Assembly: GCA_963794325.1 (NCBI GenBank)
Contig: CAWCDG010000002.1
Location: 32,001-96,000, forward strand
Direction: 5' to 3'
DNA from: an uncultured delta proteobacterium
Lineage (GTDB): Bacteria; Desulfobacterota; Binatia; Binatales; Binataceae
Length of the DNA stretch: 64,000 bases
The notes beneath the pieces are model-generated. The model ran no database searches. It had not been told where the DNA came from and saw only the letters and a list, made by a program, of their open reading frames with translations. Shown piece after piece: positions 41,505-51,999 of this stretch; position 1 is the first letter of the stretch; every line of letters starts with the position of its first letter. Both the position numbers and the translations under genes were made by a program.

Positions 41505-42261
41505 CATCGGGAGTCTGGCCTTCATATGCGATCGCCGTCAGCGCATCGGCGATCGCGGCGGTCGCGCGCGAGAGATTGCGAATCATCTTCGGCAGCTTGA
41601 GCATCGTCGCCGGATTGCGAATCAAGTAGGACGTCGCGGCAAGCGGCCTGACATTGCCGTGCTCATCTGCCATCTCCGCTCCCACCACTTCATCGTCAAC
41701 TTCGTCGAGTACGGCGCGAATCGCGACGAATGGAATGTTGCGCGCGGCCGCTTCCGAAGCCAACGCGGCGGTTTCCATGTCCACCGCAATCGCCCCGGTA
41801 CTTTCCTTCGCCCGCCGCTTCTCAGCGCCGTTTGCGAGCACGCGATGCGATGTAAGAATCGCGCCGGTCGAGTACGCGATTCCCGCGCTTGCGAGCGACC
41901 GCGCCACCGCGCGCAGATGCGAGTCGCCGACGGCGATCACTTGTTCGTCAAGCCGGCCGTCGCCATCAAGCGTCATCACGCGGTCGGACAGGACAAGGTC
42001 GCCCGGCTTCAGTCCACTCGACAGCGCCCCAACGACCCCGGTTCCGATCACCAATTCAGCGCCGGGTATCGAATCGAATGCGCGGCGCGCCGTTTCGGTT
42101 GCGCGACGATGCCCGATTCCGTGGCCGACGACCGCAAATGTTTTTCCGCCAATCTCCGCGCGGAAGCCATGCAAGCCGTCGAGTGCGAGCGGTGTGCGAT
42201 CGCGCACCCGGCGCTTGAACGGCGCGATCTCACGCGCGAAGGCGTAGAAGAGAAGAATCAA
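41458..42261 (-). CDS. hpnG: Hopanoid-associated phosphorylase/nucleosidase
   Basis: GVVGALSSGLKPGDLV, AIAVDMETA, FVAIRAVLD. Hopanoid context. Confidence 0.8.
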   Translation of the reverse strand: MILLFYAFAREIAPFKRRVRDRTPLALDGLHGFRAEIGGKTFAVVGHGIGHRRATETARRAFDSIPGAELVIGTGVVGALSSGLKPGDLVLSDRVMTLDGDGRLDEQVIAVGDSHLRAVARSLASAGIAYSTGAILTSHRVLANGAEKRRAKESTGAIAVDMETAALASEAAARNIPFVAIRAVLDEVDDEVVGAEMADEHGNVRPLAATSYLIRNPATMLKLPKMIRNLSRATAAIADALTAIAYEGQTPDATKRGRGPAERKRQH

Positions 42262-42389
42262 TCCTGTAATCTCATTTTGGCAGCGTCAATTGGCGGGCAC
42301 GGCGGCCCGCCCCACTAGTGACGCTTGAGTGAGCCCTTCGATACTAGCAAAATCGAGCCCGTGTTTTTCGATAGTCGCGGTGCCGCGGT

Positions 42390-43250
42390 TTGAAGCGCCT
42401 CATCGTCAACGCCGACGACTTCGGCTTGTCGCCCGAGGTCAACGCCGGCATCATGCGGGCGCATCGAAACGGGATCCTGCGCAGTGCGAGCCTGATGGTT
42501 GCGGAGCCGGCCGCGCGCGCTGCCGCTGGACTTGCGCGCGACAATCCCGATCTCGACGTCGGGCTGCATGCGGTCGTATGCCGGGGACGCAGCCTCCTCG
42601 ACGGTGCGCGGCTCGGCGCCGCGATTGGACCGTCGGGTCAGTTCATCGACAGTCCCGTCGCCGCGGGCATGCGATATTTTTTCGATCGCTCGCTCCGCGC
42701 CGCGATGACTGACGAACTGCGCGCGCAAGTCGAGCGGCATCTCGAGCTCGTCGGCTATCTCAATCATATCGACGGCCATCTTAACTTCCACGTCCATCCG
42801 CTGTTCGCCGATATTCTCGTGAATCTCGCCGTCGAATACAAAGTGCCCTGCATCAGGCTCCCCCGCGAGCGCGTGATGACGACGCTGCGTCTGCGCCATG
42901 ACAACGCGGCCCGCAAGCTGGTCGAGTCCGCGATCTTTCGCACGTTGTCGCGGCGAACGCTCCGCCTGATGACGGAGCGCGGCCTCACCTCGACCGACGC
43001 GCTGTTCGGACTCCATCAGAGCGGCAATCTGAGCGAGGACTATGTGGTTGGCGTGATCGATAGAATCCGCGATGGCACGACCGAGCTGTATTTCCACCCG
43101 GCGGCCGATATCGGCGGTATTCCGCCCTCCGCCGCAGCGCAGCTCGAAGTCGAGATACTCACCAGCCCGCGCGTCCGCAATGCGATCGTTCGAAATGGCA
43201 TCGAACTGATCACGTTCGCCGATCTCGCGAAGGACAAACTTGCCGCTTGA
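42390..43250 (+). CDS. hpnK: YdjC-family deacetylase
   Basis: LIVNADDFG, VGLH, AAGMRYFF, HIDGHLNFHVHP, ELYFHP. Confidence 0.85.
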   Translation: MKRLIVNADDFGLSPEVNAGIMRAHRNGILRSASLMVAEPAARAAAGLARDNPDLDVGLHAVVCRGRSLLDGARLGAAIGPSGQFIDSPVAAGMRYFFDRSLRAAMTDELRAQVERHLELVGYLNHIDGHLNFHVHPLFADILVNLAVEYKVPCIRLPRERVMTTLRLRHDNAARKLVESAIFRTLSRRTLRLMTERGLTSTDALFGLHQSGNLSEDYVVGVIDRIRDGTTELYFHPAADIGGIPPSAAAQLEVEILTSPRVRNAIVRNGIELITFADLAKDKLAA

Positions 43251-43313
43251 TTCAACTTTGCATCTGGCGTTGCCTGTGATTCGCCGGAACGTCCCAGGCA
43301 GGAGACCAGCTTC

Positions 43314-43829
43314 ATGGCGGACATAAAGGTTCGGCCCGCGACGCGCGACGACCTGCCGCGCCTGACCGAAATTTACAACTATTACGTCATCAACACCCCC
43401 ATCACGTTCGACCTCGAGCCGGTGACCGTCGAGCAGCGAGTCCGATGGTTCAACGAGCACACCGCAGGCAAGCGGCATCAATTGTTCGTCGCGGAAGATG
43501 GCGGCCTCGTAGTCGGTTGGGCGGGCGCCGGGCCGTTTCGCGACCGGGCGGCGTACGACACGAGCGTCGAGACGTCCATTTATTGCGCGAACGATATGAA
43601 GGGGCGCGGAATCGGCGCGACGATGTATCGCGTGCTGCTTGACGCGCTCAAGAACGAGGACATCAATCGAGTGCTGGCCGGGATCACGATTCCCAACGAG
43701 GCGTCGATCAAACTGCATCGCAAGTTCGGCTTCACCGATGTCGGCGTCTTCACCGAATGCGGACGCAAATTTAACCGCTACTGGGACGTCGTGTGGATGG
43801 AGCGTCCGCTCCGGCTCGCCGGCGAATGA
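43314..43829 (+). CDS. GNAT N-acetyltransferase (phosphinothricin acetyltransferase-like)
   Basis: IYNYYV..ITFD, GRGIG, PNEASIKLHRKFGF, GRKFNRYWDV. Confidence 0.92.
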   Translation: MADIKVRPATRDDLPRLTEIYNYYVINTPITFDLEPVTVEQRVRWFNEHTAGKRHQLFVAEDGGLVVGWAGAGPFRDRAAYDTSVETSIYCANDMKGRGIGATMYRVLLDALKNEDINRVLAGITIPNEASIKLHRKFGFTDVGVFTECGRKFNRYWDVVWMERPLRLAGE

Positions 43830-43926
43830 ATTGCTCGCGAACCGACGCGGTTTGAACTAGGCTGGACACATGCCGGGTGCATGCCCTGCGCGACTCATAT
43901 TCGACTGCATATAAGGAAGAGATCAG

Positions 43927-46494
43927 ATGCGCGACCAGGATGGAGCTCCTCTCGCTGATAGTTCGCAGGATTATCGGCTGCCAAAAAACGTCACGCCCAG
44001 GCGCTACGACATCCGGCTGACCCCGGATCTCAAAGCGTTCACGTTTCAGGGCGAAGTGAATGTCGGCGTCATCGTCAACGAACCGACCGACGACGTCGTG
44101 CTGAACGCGCTCGAACTGGAAATCGACAAGGTGACCGCGGAGCGAGGCGGAAAATCGCTCGCCGCGAAAGCCGAGCTGGAACCGGCTAAGGAACGTGCGC
44201 ATCTTCGATTCGCGGAGAAACTCTCCGCGGGCGAATGGACGTTGAAGATCGCGTTTCGCGGAATTCTCAACGACAAGCTCCACGGCTTTTACCGCAGCCA
44301 GTACCAGGATGCGTCCGGCAAGACTCACGTCGCCGCGACGACTCAGTTCGAATCCACTGACGCGCGCCGCGCGTTTCCGTGCTGGGACGAGCCGGAACTC
44401 AAGGCGAGTTACAAGGTGACGCTGGTCGTCGACGAGAGCCTGGCGGCCATCTCGAATGGCGGTCAGCAGAGCGAGCGTAAGCTGCCCGGCGGCAAGAAGG
44501 AGGTCGTCTTCAAGGAGACGATCCCGATGTCCACCTACCTCGTCGCGTTTATCGTCGGCGAATTCGATGCGACTGCGCCGGTCGATGCGGGCACGCCGCT
44601 GCGCATCGTTCACGTCCCCCGCAAAGAGTCGCTGACCAATTGGGCCAAGCAGATTGGCGCGTTCTCGCTGAAATATTTCGCCGGCTACTACGGCCTCAAG
44701 TACCCCGGCGACAAGCTCGACCTGATCGCGATTCCCGACTTCGCCTCTGGCGCGATGGAAAATCTCGGCGCGATCACATTCCGCGAGACCGCTTTGCTCG
44801 CCGATGAGAAAACCGCCTCCCGCGCCGAGCTCGAACGCGTCGCCGACGTGGTCTCGCATGAAAACGCGCATATGTGGTTCGGCGATCTCGTGACCATGCG
44901 ATGGTGGAACGGTATCTGGCTCAACGAGGCCTTCGCCACCTTCATGGAGATGCTCGCAGTCGACGCGTGGAAGCCCGAGTGGAAACGATGGGAGAGCTTC
45001 AGTGTCTCACGCGCGGCGGCGATGTCGATTGACGGGCTGCGCAGCACTCGGCCGATCGAGTACGAGGTGCGGAGCCCGGAAGATTGCCGCGCGATGTTCG
45101 ACATCCTGACTTATGAGAAGGGCGCGGCGGTGCTGCGGATGCTCGAACAGTATTTGAGCGACAACGTTTTTCGCGACGGCATCCGCCTCTATCTGAAGAA
45201 GCATCAGTTCAACAACACCGAGACCAGCGATTTGTGGGACGCGCTCGAAAGCGCGTCGCGCGAGCCCGTGCGCAAGATGATGGACTCGTGGATCTTCCAG
45301 CCCGGTTTTCCGATTGTCGACGTGTCGCCGGCTGCTGACGGCCGCGGGCTCAAGCTTTCGCAGCGACGCTTTTTCTATCTGGTCGAAGACAACGATCAGC
45401 TTTGGCATGTGCCCGTGATGGTTCGCGCGAAGACCGACAAGGGTATCTCGACCCATAAGGTGCTGCTCACGACCCGCGAAACGACCGTCGATGTCGGCGG
45501 TAAACTCGAATGGGCGCTGCTCAACGAAGGCGGCCACGGCTTCTATCGCGTGCACTACGCGCCGGCTCTGCTCGCGGCGATCACGAAGAACCTTGGCGCG
45601 TTGCAACCGATCGAACGCTTCGGATTGGTGAGCGATACCTGGGCGGCGACCGTCGCGGGCCTCGGTCCGCTGAGCGAGTTCCTCAAGATGGCGCGACTAT
45701 GCACCGACGAGACCGACATCAATGTGTGGCGCGCGTTGATCGGCGGGTTCGCCTACCTGGATATGATTGCGTCCGACGCGGACCGTCCCGCGCTCGCGGC
45801 CACCGTGCGCGAGATCGTCGGTCCTGCCGCCGCGCGTCTCGGATGGGAGCCAAAGCCCGGCGAGAGTGAGCTGGTGCGCCAGTTGCGCGGAACGTTGATT
45901 GGCGCGCTCGGCACGCTCGGCGATGATCACGAAGTTCAGAAACGCGCGCGTGATCTTTACGCGCGCTTTGAAGACAATCCCGAATCCGCGGATCGCGACC
46001 TGATGCCCGCGCTGGTGAACATCCTCGCGTACTCCGGAGACGCCGCTCGCTACGAAGAGTTCAAGCGCAAGTTCAAAGCGCCGCGTACGCCGCAGGAAGA
46101 GCAGCGCTATCTGTTTGCGCTGGCAAACTTCCGCGATCGCGAGCTGCTCGGAAAAACCATGGAGATGACGCTCGACGGCCAGGTGCGGACGCAGAACGCG
46201 CCGTACCTGATGCATTCGCTGCTGCTCAATCCCGCGAGCCGCTACGAGGCGTGGGACTTTGCGCGCGCGCATTGGGACGAGATGATTCAAAAATATCCCG
46301 ACAACGCGCTGCCGCGAATGTGCGAAGCAGTTGTCGCGCTGCTCGATCGCGAGGACGAGGTGAAGAAGTTCTTCGCCGAGCATCGCGTGCGCCTCGGCGG
46401 CAAGATAATCGACCAACACCTCGAACGCCTCAGCGTCGCGGTCGGATTTCGGAAACGCGAAGGCAAAAATCTGCAGGCGACTCTCAAAGCATAA
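43927..46494 (+). CDS. M1 family aminopeptidase with ERAP1-like C-terminus
   Basis: TQFE, GAMENLG, HENAH..WLNEAFA, YEKG. Confidence 0.96.
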   Translation: MRDQDGAPLADSSQDYRLPKNVTPRRYDIRLTPDLKAFTFQGEVNVGVIVNEPTDDVVLNALELEIDKVTAERGGKSLAAKAELEPAKERAHLRFAEKLSAGEWTLKIAFRGILNDKLHGFYRSQYQDASGKTHVAATTQFESTDARRAFPCWDEPELKASYKVTLVVDESLAAISNGGQQSERKLPGGKKEVVFKETIPMSTYLVAFIVGEFDATAPVDAGTPLRIVHVPRKESLTNWAKQIGAFSLKYFAGYYGLKYPGDKLDLIAIPDFASGAMENLGAITFRETALLADEKTASRAELERVADVVSHENAHMWFGDLVTMRWWNGIWLNEAFATFMEMLAVDAWKPEWKRWESFSVSRAAAMSIDGLRSTRPIEYEVRSPEDCRAMFDILTYEKGAAVLRMLEQYLSDNVFRDGIRLYLKKHQFNNTETSDLWDALESASREPVRKMMDSWIFQPGFPIVDVSPAADGRGLKLSQRRFFYLVEDNDQLWHVPVMVRAKTDKGISTHKVLLTTRETTVDVGGKLEWALLNEGGHGFYRVHYAPALLAAITKNLGALQPIERFGLVSDTWAATVAGLGPLSEFLKMARLCTDETDINVWRALIGGFAYLDMIASDADRPALAATVREIVGPAAARLGWEPKPGESELVRQLRGTLIGALGTLGDDHEVQKRARDLYARFEDNPESADRDLMPALVNILAYSGDAARYEEFKRKFKAPRTPQEEQRYLFALANFRDRELLGKTMEMTLDGQVRTQNAPYLMHSLLLNPASRYEAWDFARAHWDEMIQKYPDNALPRMCEAVVALLDREDEVKKFFAEHRVRLGGKIIDQHLERLSVAVGFRKREGKNLQATLKA

Positions 46495-46511
46495 AGTGGG
46501 AGGACGATGCG

Positions 46512-47681
46512 ATGACAACTGAATCGAAGCCGGCTGCCGCTACGATCATTCACGACGACCAGCCGTTGCATTTCGAAGGCGCGGTTGCAGAATCGAATGC
46601 GCTCTGGCTGGACGCGGCGGAGCTGAAACGGCTCGCGGGATGGGAACTCAAGCCGGAAGGAATCTGCCGTGGCGATTTATGCGTACCGATCCCGCCGGGA
46701 CGCGAGAGCGAATTCGCCTCGAAGCGTGACGGTGCGACCTGGCTCAACTTCAGCGCGCTGGCCGACCAGATGGGCAAGCCGTGGGCCGGCGATCAAAAAA
46801 ATCGCGCGTGGTACTTCGGAACCGACGAGGCAGATCGCGGCAACGCGCTGCGAACGCTCGAGGCTCCCGATTTCGAGCTGCCCGACCTCGACGGCAAGCT
46901 GCATCGCCTTTCCGACTATCGCGGCCAGAAAGTATTTTTACTGGCCTGGGCTTCGTGGTGAGGATGCTCCCTTGACCTGCCCGGGTGGCAGGCGCTGTAC
47001 AACGAACTCAAGGATCTAAATTTCACGATCGTCACAGTCGCGTTTGACACCGGCGGCGCCGCGGCGGCCGGCCCGTTCATCAAAGCCGGCCAGCCCGCGC
47101 ATCCCTCGCTGATCGACACGCGCCACGTAGTCGCCGAACTCTACAACATGGTCAACGTGCCGACCGCCGTCTGGATCGACGAATCGGGAACGATCGTTCG
47201 TCCCAACGAAGTAGCGTATGCGCTCGACACGTTCCGCGCGATTACAGGGATCGATTCGGCGCGATATCTCGACGCGGTGCGTGACTGGGCGAAGAACGGC
47301 GCGAACAGCCGTTACGTCATGAAGCCCGATGAGGTGAAACGCAAGCTCAAGCTTCCGACCCGCGAGCATGCGCAAGCTGCCGCATACTTTCGGCTCGCCG
47401 AATATCTGTGCGAGACCGGGCACGCGCCCGACGCGGTGCCGTATTTCAAGGAAGCGCGGCGCCTGCACCCCGAGAGCTGGACGATCACGCGCCAGGCATT
47501 CGCGATGGGCGATCCGGAGCGCGACTACGGCACGACGTTCGTCAACGAAGTCGGCAAGCTGCGCGGCAAGCTCTACTATGACCTGCTCGATCTCGACGGC
47601 TCCGGCAGCAACCCGGAGCAAGAGAAGGTCGCGAAGGAAGGCGCCGAGCGCCTGCGCAAATTGGTCGAGGGCCGCAGCTAG
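46512..47681 (+). CDS. Probable selenoprotein: ResA/AhpC-TSA-like redoxin, Sec at TGA 46959-46961 (389 aa)
   Basis: APDFELPDLDGK..LAWASW-TGA-GCSLDLPGWQ reads in frame into ORF 47148..47681. Confidence 0.88.
46976..46992 (+). promoter_or_regulatory. Candidate bacterial SECIS hairpin
   Basis: CCTGCC-CGGGT-GGCAGG, a perfect 6-bp stem separated from the UGA by 14 nt, G in loop position 2. Confidence 0.7.
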
Positions 47682-47726
47682 TCGGCGTTATGTCGAATAG
47701 TTCGCTCAGTACTTCCTATCCACACT

Positions 47727-48791
47727 TCACGGAGTAGGAGTCCGATGGCCGTGTGGTTTTTTATGAGGAGCTGGGGTTGGCGTAGGTGTAGCGGTAGGAG
47801 TAGCAGTCGCTGAGGGAGTCGACGTGCCGGCCGGACCAATACCCGCTGCTTCGTCGGCCTTTTCCTGCTTGGCCGCCGCTGCCCCGCTGAGTTCCTTCAA
47901 TCCACCTTCAATAGAGCAAACTCGATCATAGCTTGTGATATCAGATAGCACTTCCGCCATATCAAGGTAGGGACGGGCCCTATATCCTTCGTAGTGGTCG
48001 GTTGCTGGAATATCGCATTCTTGGGAGGGACGATCGTCAGTCACGCAAAGGCGAGCATAGATCTCGGCGCGGCGCTGCTTTCGGGCTGCCGAGATCCCGG
48101 TTTCCATAATATCGAAACTCTTGCTGGCGTAGTAGTTAGCGTCAAATGCCGCAGTTCCTCCTGTAATTGCACTGTTGCCGGCCTGCAAGGAGGTTGGCAC
48201 TAGAAGCGGTATACCAGCCGCGGGAGTGAGCACTGTTCCGGCGGCAGACAGGATTGAACTGAAGACGCTGGAGAAAAACCCGGTGTTTGTTTTGGCGGCA
48301 AATGCTCGCGCGAGAAAATTATCGCAATTGTAGTCGGACGCTGCTAGCAATATATGAGTGTCCTCTATGAGTTCTACAGGATTTCTTTCAGGTTTGTCTG
48401 GAGGAGAGGTTCCTATGTCGACGTCAGCGGTTACCGCCTGGGAGTCGATCTTTCCATACACATTCAGTGGTAGAGTAGATGGATCGACGGTCACGTAAAT
48501 GCATTCGTCTCCGCTTGGAGTCGTTCCAGTAAAAAAGGCGCCGATGCTGTCATAGATCGTTGAGTTCCAAGACCGCCATTCTGCGCACCGGAACTGCATG
48601 CCATTCAGCGACTTGGACATTCCTACGTTCCTACCCCCGCCCTTGAACATTCCATACATACTAGATCGCGTAAAAACGTTTCCGGGAATCGGAACGCTGG
48701 CAACCGGTTCCGGACGCAGGCGTGGCTCGCTAAACGTGCATGCCGAAAACATGACTACAGCTAAGCTGACGCACAATCGCCGGTATTGCAT
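47727..48791 (-). CDS. Uncharacterised lipoprotein with Thr/Pro-rich tail
   Basis: Lipobox FSAC after a hydrophobic signal. Visibly AT-richer than neighbours and on the opposite strand. Confidence 0.75.
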   Translation of the reverse strand: MQYRRLCVSLAVVMFSACTFSEPRLRPEPVASVPIPGNVFTRSSMYGMFKGGGRNVGMSKSLNGMQFRCAEWRSWNSTIYDSIGAFFTGTTPSGDECIYVTVDPSTLPLNVYGKIDSQAVTADVDIGTSPPDKPERNPVELIEDTHILLAASDYNCDNFLARAFAAKTNTGFFSSVFSSILSAAGTVLTPAAGIPLLVPTSLQAGNSAITGGTAAFDANYYASKSFDIMETGISAARKQRRAEIYARLCVTDDRPSQECDIPATDHYEGYRARPYLDMAEVLSDITSYDRVCSIEGGLKELSGAAAAKQEKADEAAGIGPAGTSTPSATATPTATPTPTPAPHKKPHGHRTPTP

Positions 48792-48923
48792 GATGCCCCC
48801 CTACGTTGTTGACTGGCCGTCTTAGCAAAGATCCTCGCCGTAACTCAAGCGCCGGGAAGTGTTACCTATGCAGCCATGAAGAGAGTTCCAGGCTAACTCT
48901 CTGGTAACGTAGATGGGATTGCT

Positions 48924-49640
48924 ATGGCGCAGGCAAAGATACTGATTGGCACGTCTGGCTTTTCGTATAAGGAATGGCTCGGCGGCTTCTACCCGGAGAA
49001 ACTTCCCGGCGCGAAGATGCTCGAGTACTACGCCGAGCGGATGCCGACCGTCGAAATCAACTACACCTTTCGCCAGATGCCGAAGTCCGCGATGCTCGAA
49101 GGATGGGCCGCGCGAACGCCGCCGAATTTTCGCTTCGCACTGAAGGCTCCTCAGCGCATTACCCACTTCGCCAAGCTGCGCGACGTCAAAGAGACGACCG
49201 ACACTTTCATCGAGCGCGCGTCCGTCATGGGCGAGCGACTGGCGCCCGTGCTGTTCCAGCTCCCGCCCGACTTGAAGCTGGATCTGCCGCTGCTCATCGA
49301 TTTTCTGGCGATTCTAAAAGGCAGGATTCGCGCCGCATTCGAATTCAGAAATCGCAGCTGGTTCGACGATTCCGTGATCACCGCTCTTGCGGACAACGGC
49401 ATCGCGCTATGTATCGCGGAAACGGAGAAGCTCGCGTCGCCACTCGAGCGGACCGCGCCGTACGTCTATGTTCGATTGCGCAAGGAGACCTACGACGACG
49501 CCGGCCTCGACGAATGGGTGAAAAATCTCGATCGATTGGCGTCGGATGGGGCCAAAGAAATTTTCGTATATTTCAAACACGAGACCTCGGCGCCCGACCT
49601 CGCGTCCCGCCTGCGCGGAAAGCTCGACCGCCCCGCGTAG
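48924..49640 (+). CDS. DUF72 family protein
   Basis: IGTSGFSY, TVEINYTF, FALKAPQRITH, LFQLPP, FEFRNRSW. Confidence 0.93.
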   Translation: MAQAKILIGTSGFSYKEWLGGFYPEKLPGAKMLEYYAERMPTVEINYTFRQMPKSAMLEGWAARTPPNFRFALKAPQRITHFAKLRDVKETTDTFIERASVMGERLAPVLFQLPPDLKLDLPLLIDFLAILKGRIRAAFEFRNRSWFDDSVITALADNGIALCIAETEKLASPLERTAPYVYVRLRKETYDDAGLDEWVKNLDRLASDGAKEIFVYFKHETSAPDLASRLRGKLDRPA

Positions 49641-49694
49641 ATCGCGCAGCGGTCCTTTGCCTCGCCCGTTCGCTCCCCATAATCTTCCAGACTT

Positions 49695-50627
49695 ATGGCA
49701 ATCGAATATCGCGCGTTGGGAAAGACCGGTCTTCGAGTCAGTACTCTCGGCTTTGGCGGGTCTGAGGTTGGCTATCAGGCGGTTGCGCAAAAGACCGTCG
49801 ATAAAATTCTGAACACGGCGCTCGACGCCGGCATCAACGTGATCGACACCGCCGAATGTTATGCCGATGGCGAGGCTCTCATCGGCAAGGCGATTTCCAA
49901 GCGTCGCGCCGAAGTCGTGCTCATGACGAAGTGCGGGCACGCGCCGCTCGGGTCTGCGTCCGAGCGCGCCGCCGGTTACGCGCAGCCGGATTGGAATCCC
50001 GCGATGCTCGCGCGGAGCATCGAGCGCAGCCTCAAGAATCTGCGCACCGACCATGTCGATGTGATGCAGTTCCACAGCCCGCCGCTCGAGACGCTCAAGG
50101 ATGGCCGCGTTATCGAGGTCCTGCACAAGGCGCGCGAGCGCGGGCAGGCGCGTTTCGTAGGATGCAGCGCTGACGCCGATGAAGCGGTGTACGCGGTTGA
50201 AAGCGGCGCGTTCGACACTCTGCAGATCTCCTTGAGCATCGCGGATCAGGAAGCGATCGACCGCGTGCTCCCGAAGGCCGCCGCGCGCGGGATGGGCGTA
50301 ATCGTCAAGCGTCCAATCGCCAACGCGGCGTGGCGTCATGGCAAACAGCCGCCCACCGACTGGTATACGCGGCCCTATTGGGATCGCCTGCAGATGCTCG
50401 ACTACGATTTTCTCCATCGCAGCGTGGAGGAGGCGGTCGCAATCGCACTGCGATTCACACTTGGCACCGCAGGCGTGACGACCGCGATCGTCGGCACGAC
50501 GCGGCCCGAACGCATCGAGCAAAATATCGCGCACGGAAATGCAGGACCGTTGTCGCCGCCGGACTACGAAGCGATACGCGCTCGATGGCGCTCGGTCGCG
50601 CCTTCCGACTGGACCGGCCAGCGCTAG
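49695..50627 (+). CDS. Aldo/keto reductase
   Basis: LGKTGLRVSTLGFG, IDTAECY, SLKNLRTDHVD. Confidence 0.94.
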   Translation: MAIEYRALGKTGLRVSTLGFGGSEVGYQAVAQKTVDKILNTALDAGINVIDTAECYADGEALIGKAISKRRAEVVLMTKCGHAPLGSASERAAGYAQPDWNPAMLARSIERSLKNLRTDHVDVMQFHSPPLETLKDGRVIEVLHKARERGQARFVGCSADADEAVYAVESGAFDTLQISLSIADQEAIDRVLPKAAARGMGVIVKRPIANAAWRHGKQPPTDWYTRPYWDRLQMLDYDFLHRSVEEAVAIALRFTLGTAGVTTAIVGTTRPERIEQNIAHGNAGPLSPPDYEAIRARWRSVAPSDWTGQR

Positions 50628-51020
50628 CGGGGCATGCGGCGGGCGGTACTCAGATGTGTCCCGGTTTCGCCGTCGAGCGAGGTGCCGCTAATACCCGCCT
50701 CGCCCATCAGCAGTTCCGCGATTGTGACCATCGCAATCAATGCGACCATCGAGAGCCACGCAAATACGTAGCAGAGTGAGGCGGCGCTTTTTCTTATGCG
50801 TAGCAGGTTCGTATCTCTCTCAAGAACCAAGTAACTCGAAGCTGACAGCTTGACCAGTCTACGACAACAAATTGTTGACAGAAGTGTTACGAGCAGAACA
50901 AATGAGCCGTCGATTCGGATGCGTCTGACGAGCAGCGTCGATTTGAAGTCCGCACGCCTGGACTTTGTCCCTGTTAGAACTGGCTAAGCAGAGGTGGCCG
51001 ATCCTCTACCTGCGATTGTT

Positions 51021-51054
51021 CCCCTTCCCTCGAGGGAAGGGGTTAGGGGTTAGG
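51021..51054. repeat. REP-like palindrome
   Basis: Perfect 22-bp palindrome CCCCTTCCCTCGAGGGAAGGGG followed by TTAGGGGTTAGG. Confidence 0.7.
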
Positions 51055-51097
51055 TTGCTCGCAGAATTTCACTATCTTCATTGTCGAGGAATCACAC

Positions 51098-51964
51098 ATG
51101 GAAATCGGATGGATCGGAACCGGAATAATGGGCGCGCCGATGGCGCGGCGACTGATTGCCGGAGGCCATCGCGTGCGCGTCTACAATCGCTCGCCTGAGA
51201 AGGCGCGCGCGTTGACCTCCGACGGCGCGATTGTCTCCGCAGACGCCGCGGCATGCGTCGCCGGCACCGAGGTCGTCTTCATCATGGTGCCCGACACCCC
51301 GGACGTCGAGGCGACCGTCGCGAAGATCGAGCCGGCGCTCAAAGCGGGGCAGCTCCTCATCGACATGAGCACTATCGCGCCCGCCGCCGAGCGCACGATC
51401 GCCGCGCGGCTGAAGGCGTCCGGCGTCGATTACCTCGATGCGCCGGTCTCTGGCGGCGACATCGGCGCTCGCGACGGCACGCTCGCGATAATGGTCGGCG
51501 GCGATGCGGCCGCATTCGAGCGCGCGCGTCCGCTGTTCGAGCTGCTCGGAAAAAGAATCACCCACATAGGCCCGTCAGGCGCCGGCCAGATGACCAAGCT
51601 TGCGAATCAAATCGCGGTCGCGATCAATCTCGAGGCAGCGGCCGAGGCGATCAAGTTCGCGCAAGGCGGTGGCCTGGACGCGTCGCGAGTGGTCGAAGCG
51701 ATCGGCGCTGGCGCGGCTGGGTCGTGGCAGTTGTCGAACCTTGGTCCGAAGATAATAGCTGGCGACTACCGGCCCGGCTTCTTCATCAAGCTGATTCGCA
51801 AGGACCTTCGACTGGTGATCGATGCGGCCCGCGAATCGGGACTCGCGCTGCCCGGACTCTCGCTGATGGCCTCGATGTTCAACTCGGCAGCCGTGCTTGG
51901 TCACGACCTCGACGGAACCCAGGCGGTCGCGGCGGCACTCGACAGATTGGCGGACGTGAAGTAG
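51098..51964 (+). CDS. Beta-hydroxyacid dehydrogenase (3-hydroxyisobutyrate / tartronate semialdehyde reductase family)
   Basis: IGTGIMGAPMA, LDAPVSGG, KLANQ. Confidence 0.94.
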   Translation: MEIGWIGTGIMGAPMARRLIAGGHRVRVYNRSPEKARALTSDGAIVSADAAACVAGTEVVFIMVPDTPDVEATVAKIEPALKAGQLLIDMSTIAPAAERTIAARLKASGVDYLDAPVSGGDIGARDGTLAIMVGGDAAAFERARPLFELLGKRITHIGPSGAGQMTKLANQIAVAINLEAAAEAIKFAQGGGLDASRVVEAIGAGAAGSWQLSNLGPKIIAGDYRPGFFIKLIRKDLRLVIDAARESGLALPGLSLMASMFNSAAVLGHDLDGTQAVAAALDRLADVK

Positions 51965-51999
51965 TACCAGAGACGAACCTGGATTTTTGGAGGCCTAAA

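Noticed and set aside
47770-47825. Low-complexity gtag-rich repeats
   Set aside because: They encode the Thr/Pro/Ala tail of the lipoprotein and are not a DNA repeat array
50624-50830. 68-aa ORF with one hydrophobic stretch
   Set aside because: Non-ATG start, no clear RBS and no family recognised. It might be real but cannot be supported.
51043-51054. Telomere-like TTAGGG(G) motif
   Set aside because: Only two units, forming the tail of a REP-like palindrome
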